From Camelus dromedarius (lineage: Eukaryota): a DNA stretch of 64,000 nucleotides. Below, piece by piece: positions 49,250 to 62,699 of this stretch. The first letter of the stretch is position 1; each line of letters begins with the position of its first letter. Both the position numbers and the translations under genes were made by a program. The notes under the pieces are model-generated. The model was given only the letters and a program-made list of their open reading frames with translations, searched no databases and was not told the origin of the DNA. Location: the NCBI RefSeq assembly GCF_036321535.1, contig NC_087438.1:10790001-10854000 (forward strand), read 5' to 3'.

Positions 49250-49600
49250 AGAGTGAGTAGTGTTTAATTGCACAGACTCAACTCCTTGGATTCAGATCCT
49301 ACCTTTGCCACTTCCCAGCTGTGTGACCTTGTGCAAATTGCTTAATTTCTCTGTTTTTTTTTTTCTTTTATGTATAACACTGATAGTAATGGCACCTACT
49401 TCATAGCATTATTTTTTTTAATTATCATTATCATCATCATTTTTTAAATTCTTATTTTTTATTGAAGTGTAGTCCACTTACAATGTTAGTTGCACGTTTT
49501 TAGCATAGCATTGTTATGTGGATTAAAGGATTTAACAAATAAGCGGTTTAGACCGTCTCTGGCACATGTGTGCTCACATGTGTTAGCTCTTGTGATATGA
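49250..49600 (+). mobile_element. MIR with a ~90-bp antisense L1 tail insertion (49414-49503)
   Basis: ggattcagatcctacctttgccacttcccagctgtgtgaccttg...; the insert ttattgaagtgtagtccacttacaatgtt is flanked by catagcattatt (49402-49413) / catagcattgtt (49504-49515). Confidence 0.8.
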
Positions 49601-50479
49601 TTGTTTTCCATTCTCATTCTTCTAGAAAGAAAAAAGTAAAGTCGAAGGTAATAATAATGAGACTATTCCACACTGAGATGATGAAAAACACTCAAACATC
49701 ACAAGGATAGACTTCTGAAATGGGTCCAACTTCAATGAGTTAATGAAAATCTCCAATACCCAGAACAAGTGACCTAAGAGCCAACAACTGAATGTCAGCT
49801 CGTCTGTTCACTCCCATCCGTTGATAGTGATGACTCGAAATGATGGATGGAGACGTTGGCGAAGCCAGTCTGAATGGAGGGGAGGAGGAAGGTGTGCCTA
49901 AGAGAGGCTGCCAAGCGCCCTGGAGCTGGGAGTGTCTCATATGCTCCGCGCATTTTCCTCCCCCACCTACTGCAAATCTTGCACCCAGACCTGCTGATTG
50001 AGCCAAATCCACTTCTTCTGGAAGAATTCAGAGTGAGAGAGACAGTTTATCTCTGTCATTTTGGCCAGGACATAGGTCTACGTGCTTCTATCAGCTGAGG
50101 CCAAATGTTCAGCCAAGCACAGTCAGGAAATCCTGCAGCTGCTGGCCAAATAGTCCTTTATCCTGTGAGGTGGAACCACTTTACTAAAATTTCCCCTTCC
50201 TTGGCAAAGGTCTCTGTTAAATGTTCCTGGACAATGTGTGTGCAATGCCCTTTATTATGGACTTTTAATTTTTATCACAAAGTAACAACTTTTATCATCC
50301 ATGAAGAATTTCTGCACCACCACCTTCCAGTTCCCAAAGAATCTCGTCTAATTCTACTATTCATTCTCCCTAACGGCAACTCACCAAGCAGTGAAACCTG
50401 CAAGTCTTTCGAGTCATCTTAGCAATGTCTGCCACCCACTGAAATCAGCATATCAAGCGCGTTGGGATAGTTGAAGGAG

Positions 50480-50680
50480 CCTGACAAAGAAAGCATTTTA
50501 TATACTTTATCTCATTAAGATTTATCAGCATCCTAGAGGGGATGTATTATCAGTGCTCCTATTTCACAGATGAGAAAACTGAAACTTAGAGAGATAAGTA
50601 TCTTTTCCCAGATTAACCACCTAGAGGTTGGTTTAGCTGGAATTTCACGTAGATTTGACTCCAGAATCAGAGCTCATCAG
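50480..50680 (-). mobile_element. MIR SINE
   Basis: atctcatt...cctatttcacagatgagaaaactgaaacttagagagataagta...tgactccaga. Confidence 0.8.
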
Positions 50681-51819
50681 TTTTTTTTTTCTTCTAATTA
50701 GTCTGTAGGCACTCTTTCTCTTGTTATGGGAGAGTGATTTTGTGCCCTTGTGAAATTTAGTTCCATGAAAAAAGAGAGCCAATCAGAATAGCTAGGTTCT
50801 AATTACTTGGTAATCAAACATTACAAAAAAAAAAAACCTGACTAAGTGCCAAAGGTAGGAAAGACTGACTCTCAGCCCGGGTCATGTCTCTGGACAAGTA
50901 GGTGTTACTACCCCTGGCAAAAGCAGCGTGTCCCCGGGGCCAGCACAGCCTTCCTCCCAGATCTGGGTATCAGATTTTGGCTGGAGTAGTCAAAGAGGAC
51001 TGTGTGATGGGGTGTTGGAAATGAAGCAGAATCTGGGAGTAGGAGGAACTAGGTAAGATTGGGGGTCTATGGTCTCTTGATATTGGTAAGTTCTATGTTA
51101 TGTACCCATAAAATAACTGAAGGGGCTTATCAGGGTCTCATTTTATGTAAGACCTCGAACAACAACGCAAGTGAGCACAAAGCCAAACCTGCAAGAACTC
51201 CCTCTGGAGGCACTGGGTACCGGGCTGATGGCGGATGCACAGTTCGATGGTGATGGGAAATACACCACTGTCTGCAGCAAAGAGCTCTCCCTCTCAGATG
51301 CAAATGATCACGACTGAGAAGGTGGAAAAGGATCTAAAACAGGGTGGGGTAGTTTTTGAAATTTGATAGATTTCAATCTATTTTTGCATGCTTAGACCAT
51401 ATTAATGTTATTTTCCTTAAAGACAAGTTTTGGATGAAATATCCATTAACATGGGATTGAAAATAAGAGGATAAGCTTTTCATTTCTGCTTGTGTGAACA
51501 TGGCAGAAGAGAATGGAGCCTCTGAGAGTCACTGCCAAACATGAGCAGAATGGCCCTCCCCCATCCTACCCTCTCTGACAGTCCCAGAACCTCCGTGTTG
51601 CTCCCTTGAGATCTGGTATAGACAGGCTGCCTGTTTAATGAGTTATCTCTCAGTTCCTCACAGAGGGACTCAAGGGCTCATCTTAGAAACCATCAAAAAT
51701 AGTTTCATAGTTAATGAAAATGAGAGCAGACATGAGAGAAGGTGACATCAGTGAGCAGTGTCCTCTGAAGTCAAAACATGTGAACAACTTCAGAATGTTG
51801 AAAATGATGCAGAAAGCAA

Positions 51820-52293
51820 TCTGGACTTTTCAGACACATCAGTGTCATGAATGACAAAGTGTCCTGGATGAAGCTGAGGTGGCATAATAATCAAATGCAA
51901 CATGTGAACCTCGAGTGGAGCTTGGATCAGGAAAAAGAAAAAGTGTGAAAAAATGTTTTGGGGGAATAATTGCAAATAACTGAAATATCAACTCTGTATT
52001 ACATAATGTTATTGATTTGATGTTAATCTTCTCAAGTGTGGCATTGATATCCTGGTTAAAGAGAGGAAACTTATTCTTGGGACATAAATGGAAAAATTTT
52101 CAGGCTGAGGTCTAATGACGACTGCAACTTGCTGTCCCATCATTCAGAAGAAAAAAAAAGTAGATGGAAAATAGATAAAACAGCCAAATATTAACAATTG
52201 GTGAATCCAAGGGGCAGGATTACAGGTGTTTCATGATATTATGTATTCAGCTTTTTTGAAAGATTGAAAATTTTCCAAATAAACAATTGGGGG
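51820..52293 (+). mobile_element. L1MC4-like 3' UTR
   Basis: tcagtgtcatgaa...aaatgcaacatgtgaacctc...tggatcag...aaatattaacaattggtgaatc...ttgaaaattttccaaataaacaattggggg. Confidence 0.75.
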
Positions 52294-52457
52294 GACATGG
52301 TCCCTAATGCTGTCCCTCTTTTCTGGAATGCCACGTACAGGACTCATCTCACAGATCAGCATCACCATCCGAGTGTCCTCCATGCAGGTGTTGTCTTGAC
52401 ACATATTTCTCTGTTTGTTTTATTAAATCATTGCAGAAAAATTCTTTTGGGCAGTGA

Positions 52458-52542
52458 TTCTTCTTCTTCTTCCTTTTTCTTCCTTCTTTTTCCTTCTTCT
52501 CCTTCTCCTTTTCCTTCTTCTTCTTCCTCTTCCTCTTTCTTT
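52458..52542. repeat. 85-bp pure polypyrimidine (TTC/TCC) tract
   Basis: No purine on the + strand across the interval. Confidence 0.9.
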
Positions 52543-52808
52543 GATCATCTTTTGTTTTTCCCAGCATGGTGCCTTGGCTGTGCACACACTTAGCACGCTG
52601 GAAATAACTATCATACTTTTGAAAAAGTGAAATCTATTGTAAATACATGTCACGAGTAAGATGAGTCACCTTGGGCACGTTTCTTCACGTTTTGGAGTGT
52701 ATTAACTTCCCCAGCACCCAAAACGCCCATGTGTGAGAACTTGATCTCCAAGTTCCCTTTTGGGTGGTTGGTGTCTAAGGAGCCCAGCGCTCCTGCTCGC
52801 TCTGGGTG

Positions 52809-52827
52809 TGGCCACGAGATGGCAGTG
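52809..52827 (+). promoter_or_regulatory. CTCF-like binding motif
   Basis: TGGCCACGAGATGGCAGTG is a close match to the CTCF consensus TGGCCACCAGRKGGCRSY. Confidence 0.65.
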
Positions 52828-55519
52828 TTTCAGAACGTTGTTCTAGTTGGAAGGAAGGTGTGAGCGTGGCTGACGGGCTGAAGGGGCATCAGTGGCAGAA
52901 GGTTGGCAGATCTAATGCCGTGTTCATCATCCAAGAGCTTTGGAAGCATGTTGGTAAAAAGACACTGTGAGTCGCCCTTGTTACACCCCTTGGCTAGAGC
53001 TCAAGTAGTTTATAGAGCAATAATCCCACGGAACTCCATGAAATATTTTCTCGTCTGTGCTAACACTGTCTGTCATTTCCCTCTAGCTATGTATGTGGTA
53101 ATGTATTATTGCAAGGATGTCACCCAGCATCTCTCTCTGTTAGCCCATGACTCATTGCGTTTGCTTCTTAAGAAATGTAAACTACATTCAGCTCTCTGTG
53201 GCATGAATTCTAAACACAATCAATTACCAGCGACTATTCATCCCTCTTCTGGGTGTCTTTAGAATTATGGATGTGTGAGTGTTTCCATTACACTTCCATT
53301 AACCTTCAGCATCAAAGAAAATGTTTCTCACTTAGAACCTTGACATCGGATGTAATCTTTAACGGGTTCAATCTTTAATACTGGGCTTTCGTATCATGGT
53401 CTGTAAGGACCTAATGATTGAATTCTATGATTCCTACGTTCCTGTGACAAAGAAAACCAAGGTCATTTTTGTCCAAAGTCCAGTGCAGACTCAGTAAATT
53501 CCAGAGGAAGTCTAATAGGAATAAAACTTGATGGCTTTGCAGTTATCTTTGGATGCACTTCAGACTGAGGCTATAGATCACTGTAAATGTCTAGGCGAGT
53601 TCAGAGTTGGTGAAGCCAAACCCAAAGCTTGTGAAAAGGTGAGGAGGCTGCCCTGAGACCCTCTCAGCGAGTGTGGTCTCCCCACTCCATAAATCTGCTT
53701 GTAGGCGCGTCTCCGGTGTGGGCTGTTTGGCAGGAGCCCCTCTCAGATCTGCAGGGTGAGCTTGATGTCTGGAGAAGCATCATTTGGGTTCTTTTCCTCT
53801 GACAGCCTCCTGATAAATTCTTCCCCCAAATGGACAGACACTTGAGCATCTGTGCTTAATAGATTATCGTGTTAAGAGTGGTCCAACTTTAGGATTACCC
53901 AAGGCTGAATGAAGTGCAAACGCTTGTCTTTCACTTGGTGGGTCCACAAACTGAATTAAGCCCTAGCTCATTAATCAGGTCAACTGGCAAAATGGCTTCC
54001 TACTGGGTAAGGATGCAGTGATGTGCATGGGAAAGCCTGGGCTTGGGCTGGTATCTATGAACCTAAATTCTTATAGTCTGCCTGGTGGGTAGAGGGTATT
54101 TAGCTATTTCAAAATTATGGATTATTTTTTGTTTCTGTTTTTCTAAAAACTCCAGGGATTAATTGTGGACTGTGTATGAATCATTGTGGGGTCTGTTATT
54201 TTGTTTATACACATCAAAAGTCAGTACTTTGTCTCTGACATCAAGACATACTATTCTTATCAAGACTTGATTCCTAAGATCTGTATTGATTATAGATTAG
54301 TTCCTCCCCCACCCCTCACCATTGGAACTCACTTTATCACCCTGTAAAATGATGACCGGAAGTAAAGTTTTCATAACAAAGCCTATCTTTGCCAATTGTT
54401 TGTAAAATTTTAACACCAGGAAAGGATCGGAATAATTTAGAAGTGCTTTAAGGCAGCTATTTCTTGACTGGTTGCATGAAGCTACCACAGCGTCTAACAA
54501 CTGTTCCTTTCAATATGTTAGCAAATTTCACCATGGTAGATCGTTAGGGTAGAAACTGTCCAGGGCACCCATTTTGTTTGTAAAGTGGCTCCAGTGTCCT
54601 GAAAGGTTTAAGGATTCCAACATTTAATAGTAGCTGGAGATAACTATGCTTTCAGAAAGAAAGATTTCAATACAATAGCTTCAGTGAGAAGATGTCCTGT
54701 TTTATAATTCAAAGAATGCAAGTAGAAGATGCTTTAGATATTGCATGGGTCAGAGTTGCCTTCACTTGAGTGGAAATCCAACACTAAATCCCTTGGTGTT
54801 GGAAATGTGAATGATTTCAACACGATTGCTACTTCTTTTAAGGCATGGGCCCCCACGGCTGTCAGATATGTTACCATCACCTCTTAGGACGTTTGCTATT
54901 TCAGATTTTAGTGCACAGAACAGCTCTAGGGGTCATCTTCTGTTTCTTTCTTTTACTCCTGATATTTAAAGAGGCGAATCCTTGGCACATTCCCCCTTTA
55001 AGAGCAGAAACATCGCAGAGCAGGATCTGGGACAATTTTTGACGACCCATCCCTGTACTCCTATGCCTTCTCCCCCACCCCCTGCTCTGAGGACACAAGA
55101 ATGAATATGATGATGTCAGTCATAGAGTGACAGAGGGCCAGAAAAACAGTGAATGAGATAATTTTTCTAAATGGGATCATGAAGACTGTATTTCTGGATG
55201 ACAGGCTATTTGATCCAAGCTTTGAAGAGTATGCAGTATTTTAAAAGGCACTTTGGGGAAACTGAGCCTTTAGCCAGTAGTGGCAGTAAGAGGGGATGAG
55301 AAGAATGCTTGGCAGGTTTGACTAGTGCCAGGCAGCCCAATGCACATGGATTAGAGTGTGCGTGCATCTGAAGCATAGACTTCAGGGAAACCTGGAAAGT
55401 TAGTTTGGGTCTAGAGCAATGGTGGCCCCCAATGCCATGTGGAGGGGCTTGATTTCCAGTCTTTCAGCAACATGAGCCAGTGGCAATACTGGAAAAACTG
55501 AGTGACATAAAACCTACGT

Positions 55520-55745
55520 GAATAGTCAGTAATAAGACACTCACTGGGTGCAGGCATAGTTCTAGTGCTTCTCAGACATGAATGCATTGCATTTTCTCAA
55601 TAATCCCATGGAATAAATACAATCACCCCCCACTTAAGTGGAAACAAGGGGAATTTGAGCAATTTACTCAAGGTCACATACCAGAAGTGACAGAGCCAGA
55701 AGCCACACCAAAGAAGACTGGCTCCTGAGTCTGGGCTCTGGACCA
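55520..55745 (-). mobile_element. MIR SINE
   Basis: caggcatagttctagtgctt...caatttactcaaggtcacata...gtgacagagccaga...ctggctcctgagtctgggctct. Confidence 0.75.
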
Positions 55746-58689
55746 TTACCTTGTTTGGCAGCAGTGTTGGCCTGGAGAGAGTCCAGAGGGAAGGAGAAGG
55801 TGTTGCAATAACAAGAAGAGACACGAGGGGCTCAAACTAGCTCATGAAGTGCAAGGGGCAAAGTGGAGATGACAAAAGAACTTGTAGAGGAAACAGTAAC
55901 CTTGGCCTTGGTGGAGAAGTAAGTCAACTCTTCACATGTCATGGTTTTAAATCCCACCATCTCTTAATGCTTCCCCCTATTCCTACTCACCTTGTGCTTG
56001 TCTACTTCCCTCCACGCTCCAGGTAAGGTCTCACCTGGGCAGAGTCAAGGAAGGACACTACTTACTTCATTCTAAACATGTGACGTGTGTTGATGTATCA
56101 CTTTTCCAGAAGCTACATTACCTTGTTTGGTAAAACTTCTAAGTCTGTTCCCCATGATAACTGTGATGTTTCTAGAGAGATGCAAAGGAAGGACCTTTTA
56201 ATCCAAAGGAAGAGGCTTATATTTATCCCAGAACTGAAGTGTTTTTAGAAAATATCTGAAGACCAGAATAGAATGAGAATGTCATCTTATTCAGTTTGGG
56301 AACTCTGTACTCTCAACTTTGGATCATTGATTTGCCAAATGTGGTTTATTAATCACTCAGAACAATCCAACTGGTTTCTTTGCCATGTTTTGCTTTCATG
56401 TGAAAGCTTAGCTAGAAAAAGCCTCTCTCAAGCTAGGTATTTTTGTTAAAATCATTGTTCTTGTTAAAAATCATTGAATTGTGATGTGAGTGTGGTGTCT
56501 TCATTTATTAAATTGACCTTAGTAAGGGAACCGATATCATCATAACAGTATTGATGGTAGCATATCTTGGATTTATAAAGAAAGTTTTTACGTACTAATT
56601 GATTGGGAACCATCAGGGAAAGATAGGAAACCCAAAAATGTAAATCAATTTGACATCAGTAATTTCTATTCCTTTCTTGAGTCAGCCACATAAGAAAGTA
56701 CATGATATTAATGCAGACATTGCACAATGAGCTGAAAAAGGGCTACAGTTTACCAAGCTTGTTGGAGCAATAGTCTAAGAAGAGCCATTTAAGGAATGTC
56801 CGGTTGTGCATCCTGTCCTAGGAAGTTAAGAAGAAACAATGCAATTGGGGTTTGGGGCATATAGCACTAAGGAGGACTTCATGGGGCTGATTTTAGTAGG
56901 AAGAAAAGTTACATTTATTGAGTATCTGTTGACAGCCATGCTTATTTCAGTGGTGTTAAACCTAACCACACTCTGGGAGCTGGATATTTTTTGCCTCAGA
57001 AGAGGGCGGTTTTCTGTGGTCGTACACATGTGGTAAGTGATGGAGTGAAGCTTATGATCCAGGTCTGCCTGATTCTGGAGCTAAGCCTCTTGCCTCAAGT
57101 AACTGAAGGTACCAGTCCTCCTTACTAGCACAACAGGGTCTTCAGCTGTGGAAGGGACTCTGTCAATCATTTTAACATCACTGCTCATCAGCGATAGAGA
57201 AACAGACTCAGCAGTGATCCAATTCATTCCGTGTCATCTCCCCTTGAGCTGCGATGCCCATTTTGCTTTCTCTCCTTAGGGATATTGATGTGAAAACATA
57301 ATCATAAACATAAATAATAAAACATAAGCAGTTTAAAAAACCATAGTATTTGTTTCTTAACAAAGTAGTTACAGGAGAATCTGTGTTTGACTTGATTTCT
57401 CCCTGAATCCTGACATGGCGCTGGTGGAACCTAGCGTTAGGTTGTAATTACGAGCAATGGTAATTGCCAACAATGTAAAAATCATGACAACAATGAACTG
57501 ATTATTCCTTAGACTCCTCATGGACTTTTCTATCCAGTAACTCAAAGGGAAATTCATGTAACCCATGATTTATAGAAATGTGATGTTAACATATTCAACA
57601 CGTTTCTTGGGTTGGTAACATAAAAGTAACTGTAGTGGGGCAGGAAAATTCAAAATTGGACGTAGAATCATAGATTTCAGATTCTTGCCAACTAGGCAGT
57701 TATCTAAAATGGCCAGTGTATTAGCTCATGAGTATCATGTAAGGTACTGCCATATGTAGTACCATATTCCACCTCTTTGAGTGACAGCCACACTCCATGG
57801 CAGCGCTTTGTCTTCTGGTCAGTCAAAAAGATTCATTTTGCTCTTCTCGAGAGAGGGAGAGGTTGGCTAGAGAGGAGAAAGATTCCTGCAAGCAGAAGGC
57901 AAGCAATTTCCCACATTTCTTGGTTTCTTTAACTTCAAGGTGTCTTCTGTTTTCTTTACCCAAGATTTCCTATCATTTCAGGGATAGGATGAAATTTAAG
58001 GTGTTATTGATAATGTTTGTGGCTTTGCTGAGGGAGAAAGAGAGACAGAAGTTTTTCAACCAAGAGCATCACATGGACCTAATACCTAGCCAGGAAGAGA
58101 ATGGTGATATCCAGCACTTCACATTCCTGGCTGTGCTTACACGGTCCACTAATTATGCAGAACAAATCTGTTCCATGTCATCTCCCTTTAGCTTTGATGC
58201 CCCCATTTTTCTTTCTCTCCTTAGGAATATTTACATGAAAATATCTTTGTTTCTTGAGAGTTTGTTTTTCCTTCTCTTTTTGAGGGCTCCCCTCTCTTTG
58301 AAAGTAGTGACTTTCATCTTCAAGCTTAGAAGGTTGGGTCCATACTGTTCTGCTTGTAACAACACAGGTCAGTTGCTAGGGAAACACATAAATTCACAGT
58401 TAACATTAACAAAAGGCACTGAGTTAAAACAGAGAAGCTTTTAGTGTAATTGGAACCTACGATATGCATGAACAGTAACGTTTGCTAATAAATTCTGTAT
58501 TAATGAATTGGACTTAGCTTCTTCCCAAAGGATCAGTGTTAGTCTTTTTAGCATAGAAAGTGGTTTTTGAAAAAATCTTGTAAAAAGACTTAAAAAAAAA
58601 AAAGATTTCTTGCATAAATTATTAAAGATCTTTTTAAAGACCACTTTAAAGGATCTTCCTTCTTGGCAAATAATCTAAGGATTCTTAAT

Positions 58690-58930
58690 AATAGTAGCCA
58701 TCATAATAGCTAAATTTTGAGCCCTTGATTCAAGGGAGATATGATGCTGAGCACGTGGCGAGCGTTAACATGCTGAATTATTAGTTACTATGGTAGTTGC
58801 AGGTAGGTGTTTTGATTGTCTGCATTTTACAGATGAAGAACCTGAGTAAAAGAGAGGCTAAATGGCTCACTGAAGGACATCTGGGCAGAAGAGTGGCAGA
58901 GCGGTGATCTGAACTCAGGGAACGTGACAT
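58690..58930 (-). mobile_element. MIR SINE
   Basis: aatagctaaattttgagc...cattttacagatgaagaacctgag...agagaggctaaatggct...gtggcagagc...tgaactcagg. Confidence 0.75.
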
Positions 58931-60266
58931 TCTTGGTGGTAGACATAAATGGCTGTTAAGCTATGCTACCTCCCAATAACAACCCCGTTGGTCACTCATG
59001 AAGTCAAATTTTAAAACTTGATAGTTTAAGAACCAGAAAGTAGGAATTTCAGTGGATAGGCAAAATTTTCCCACAATGGACTTTTCCCCCTCATTTCATC
59101 AATTGAAAAGCAAATTAGAGTCTGATTTAAAAAAGAAAATTGGTGGGGAAGCTCTTCTTCCTGCAAGGGCAGAGGAGTAAATTCTAGAACATCATTTATT
59201 TCTACAGTAACTTCAACTGTATCAACCCTCAGCAAAACAGGAGTCGTAGGGCTGGAAGTGACATTGGCCAACTCACAGGAAACAGACCTGCCCTCTCTTG
59301 TTTCCTACCCTCTCCTTTGCACTGAATTACTTTCTAAGCTATTTTTTGGACAAATCTTATTCAGTGATGAGACAGAATCAAGAACTGGTGGGTGAGGAAC
59401 AGGCCTCCTAGAAGAGGTGTGTGTATGGGATTCAATAGAGAGACTAGCTGTTTTCCTCCGATGTCCTCTTCAGGTACAGCATTCTTTTCTCTGCCAAAGA
59501 AACCGCCTTTCTTCAGAGAGCTGCTACAGTGCGTAAGTGTTCTTGAGATCAAGTGGGCTGTCTTGTTAGTGGTGTGTTTCTGTATATACACGGGGATGTA
59601 GGAGTCCTTTCAAAATGGAAATCAATTGAACTTGCGATGACCTAAAGCAATAAATTAAACTGACATAAACAATGTTAACCTTGTTGACTTCTCAAGATTT
59701 TTAAATTAAAAAAGGTTTTTGTTTTTGGTTTTGATTTTTTTAGGAAGAACAGAATGATGCTGTCTTGTTCATATTTTTCACTGAGAAATGCCTTAGGATT
59801 CATCACAGGCATATCGCTGAAGTCCTTATAAATATAATTTTCAATTTGGCTGCATTAGACTTGGTCTTTTCTCTCATCATCTCCACTATTTCAAAGAACA
59901 CCATATATTTGAACTTCTGTGAAAGCGCCCCTTAATGAAAACAAAAAGAATAATTAACGGTCTCAGTAGCTCTGCTGCCAACAGTCCCTGTGGCTCTTTC
60001 CTGCTGGCATGTCAGCAAGGACAGACACTGCATGCCAACAAGTCTTTTGACACACTTTCTGTTTCCTCTTCTCTGTGTACCTTACAACCAGCTCAGGATT
60101 GCAAATGTCCAATAGCAAGGTTAAAAGTATTTTTCGTTATTATAATAGAAAATTGACAGATCACATGTGTCTCTTAAATGCAAAACATGCTTTTGAGTAA
60201 GGGGCAGTTTGGTGGGATATGCTACATCAGGAGCTTGTCATCACATTGGCTTTGGAATGGCTGGAC

Positions 60267-60268
<2 letters not shown>

Positions 60269-60306
<38 letters not shown>
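60269..60306. repeat. (GT)19 microsatellite
   Basis: Counted directly. Confidence 0.95.
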
Positions 60307-60312
<6 letters not shown>

Positions 60313-60352
60313 ACTTAAATGTGCATGAGTGTGCTGGCTCAGAAAGTAGCTG

Positions 60353-60593
60353 TGCATTTGGGATTAACAGATACACACTACTATATATAAAATAAATAAA
60401 TGACAAGGACCTACTGTATAGCACAGGGAACTATATTTAATACCTTGTTATAACATATAATAGAAAGGAATCTGAAAAAGAATGCATGTATGTATTATAC
60501 ATATATGTGTGTGTGTATATATATAACCGAATCACTTTGTTGTACACCTGAAACATTGTAAATCAACTATCCTTCAATAAAATTGAAAGAAAG
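60353..60593 (+). mobile_element. short L1 3'-UTR end
   Basis: tttgggattaacagatacacactactatatataaaata...ctgtatagcacagggaactat...ttcaataaa; degenerate TSD agaaagtagctg (60341-60352) / aggaagtatctg (60594-60605). Confidence 0.9.
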
Positions 60594-60605
60594 AGGAAGT
60601 ATCTG

Positions 60606-60745
60606 AACACTCACAGTACAATATTTAAGGAGGTCCTCACTCAGGGTTGTGTAAGTATAGAGTTGGTACCTGGAAGTAACTGCCTCCTTAAATATCGGCC
60701 CTGGGTGGGTGGTCTCTCTCTTCCACCCCTGGCCCTGGCTCTATT
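60606..60745. mobile_element. MER96-like palindromic hAT MITE
   Basis: 13-bp inverted repeat atatttaaggagg (60621-60633) / cctccttaaatat (60683-60695) around ctcactcagggttgtgtaagt. Confidence 0.65.
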
Positions 60746-61469
60746 GTGAATTCCTAAACAGAAAGGGGTGAGGGGTAGAGGAGTCACTGGCTTAATTTTC
60801 TGTCCCTTGTGACTAGTGAGGCCACACTTGGATAAGGTCTGTGAGCTGGGCTAGATGTGGCGGGGCTGTACCTCTCAAGAAATTTTAAAGTCAAAAAAGC
60901 TGAAGGAGAGTTGCAAAATTTATGATGAGTTTAAAATGCTCTCAGTTTAACTCTCTCGTGCTTCAAATATACCCCCAAATACAATGTATTAAAGTTGTGT
61001 TATTCAAAATAAATTTTATTAAAATTTATTAAAATATGATTTATTTAAATATGAATTCATGATGCACTGTGGGTGGTACAGTTTATTAATGGCATTCATA
61101 TTTAAAACTGTCATGAAGTATTCTTTCACGCCTGCCAGTGAATCTCTCTAATTGCGTGCATCCAGTCCTTTGTGGATGAGGCCAAGAGTCTGCATCTGAG
61201 GCCCTCCATCTACATGGGGCTTGAGGCATGTGGTCCATTAGCTCCTTCTTCTCTTCATCTGTCCTGTATCTGAGGCTGTAACTGGCAAACAGCTGTGGCA
61301 GTCAGTGTTGACAAACACCCAGTCCCAACAGCCTCTCGCTCAAAGCAGCTCTGCCGAGAAGCAAAGCCATGAGTGACTCCCGAGAAGAAGCAGCAGAAAG
61401 AAACTTCAAGATGAAAAGGACAGACTGACCAAGGCATTCCCCCTGAGGAACAGGGACCTTCAGATCAGG

Positions 61470-61635
61470 CAGGGACTCTCCACTAGCTCTGCATTAGGAC
61501 CTCCTGGGAAGCTTGGAAAAAACACTGATGCCCAAGAACCTCCTCAGACTCATGAGGTCAGAATCTCTGAGATGGGTTGGACATTTCTATTTTTACAAAA
61601 CTCTCTAGACGATTCTAATGTGTAGCTGGGTTGTC
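61470..61635. mobile_element. MER5A/B hAT fossil
   Basis: gcattag...cctgggaagctt...aaaacactgatgccca...tcagaatctctg...atttttacaaaactctc...gattctaatgtgtagc. Confidence 0.8.
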
Positions 61636-62699
61636 AGGTATCTTATAAGGAGCTAGTAGGCGGTTGACCAGATGCCCTTACTCATTCTTTCTACTAGACA
61701 TTTGGGTGATTTTTGTTTGGTGGGGACAAGGAAGGATGGCTCTAAAGGGGAAGGAGAATGGAGAATTCCTAGAAAAGGTGCCATTTCCTGGCTTCTACTG
61801 CCTGGGGAGACAAGGAGCCATCATTTGGGAGTGAATAGGAAACCCACTAATCCTGTCAATGAGACATGAATAGAGAAATAAAACCATATTCCCCAGTTTT
61901 ATTTCAGACCCTTGACTTCTTTTCTACAACTGCAGTCATTTCTGAACCCTATGCCCCAAAGATGCATGAGGACAGAGAACAGCTAACAAAGCTTTTATTC
62001 CTGATAATCAAAGGCAGCTATAATGATTTCCCATCCACCCTGGCCCTAGTGGCCAAAGGGATGTGGCTCTCACATGAGAAACATCAAGATGACTGGAGAT
62101 GAGGTTGCTTGTTTCCATGGTTTAAAATTTTAACCTATCTCTCTAGCTTGAGTGATGCCCAAAACAAAGACAAAAAACAAACTAGAGGATTACACAATCT
62201 GCTCTGGAAACCTAAGAAGTATTTAGGTTGAATCTGGAAAAAAAAAAAGGGAACATTTTTTTTCAAACGTAACTGGAAACTTTCTCTGTTGGTTTTGTCA
62301 GATTCTTAGTGGACTGAATTCTAATGTCTGTAGCAAGTCTATAGTTGATGTAAATGTTAGGAGTGGACCTGTTCTAAGATCCTAAATTTCTGGAACTGTG
62401 ACCAGCAGTGCCAACCTAGGTGCCTTGTCTTTCTAAATTCTACGTGGGCATATTTAAAACAGCTGAAGAAAACCCGTCCTCAGGCATAAACGCCCACAAG
62501 TGGTTGGTCAGAGCCCTCTTCCTTTGATGCGTAGACGCATTTTCTCCTTCTAAAAATTCTATTCAGTATTAGACTTTTTTTTTTTTCCAGGAAAGCATTT
62601 GTCTGCATAGGCTTTTGTGCTGTAGAAAAGCAATTCTTCACATGCATATGATGAGTACATGGAGGAACCTAGTGGAAAGGACATAAACATGATACACAC

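Noticed and set aside
52264..52653. K/E/R-rich and S/F-rich ORFs
   Set aside because: Translations of the polypyrimidine/polypurine simple repeat.
57797..58444. 215-aa ORF, the longest non-L1 ORF
   Set aside because: No recognisable domain; F/L/S-rich composition typical of translated T-rich non-coding DNA; no promoter or splice context. A chance ORF is more likely.
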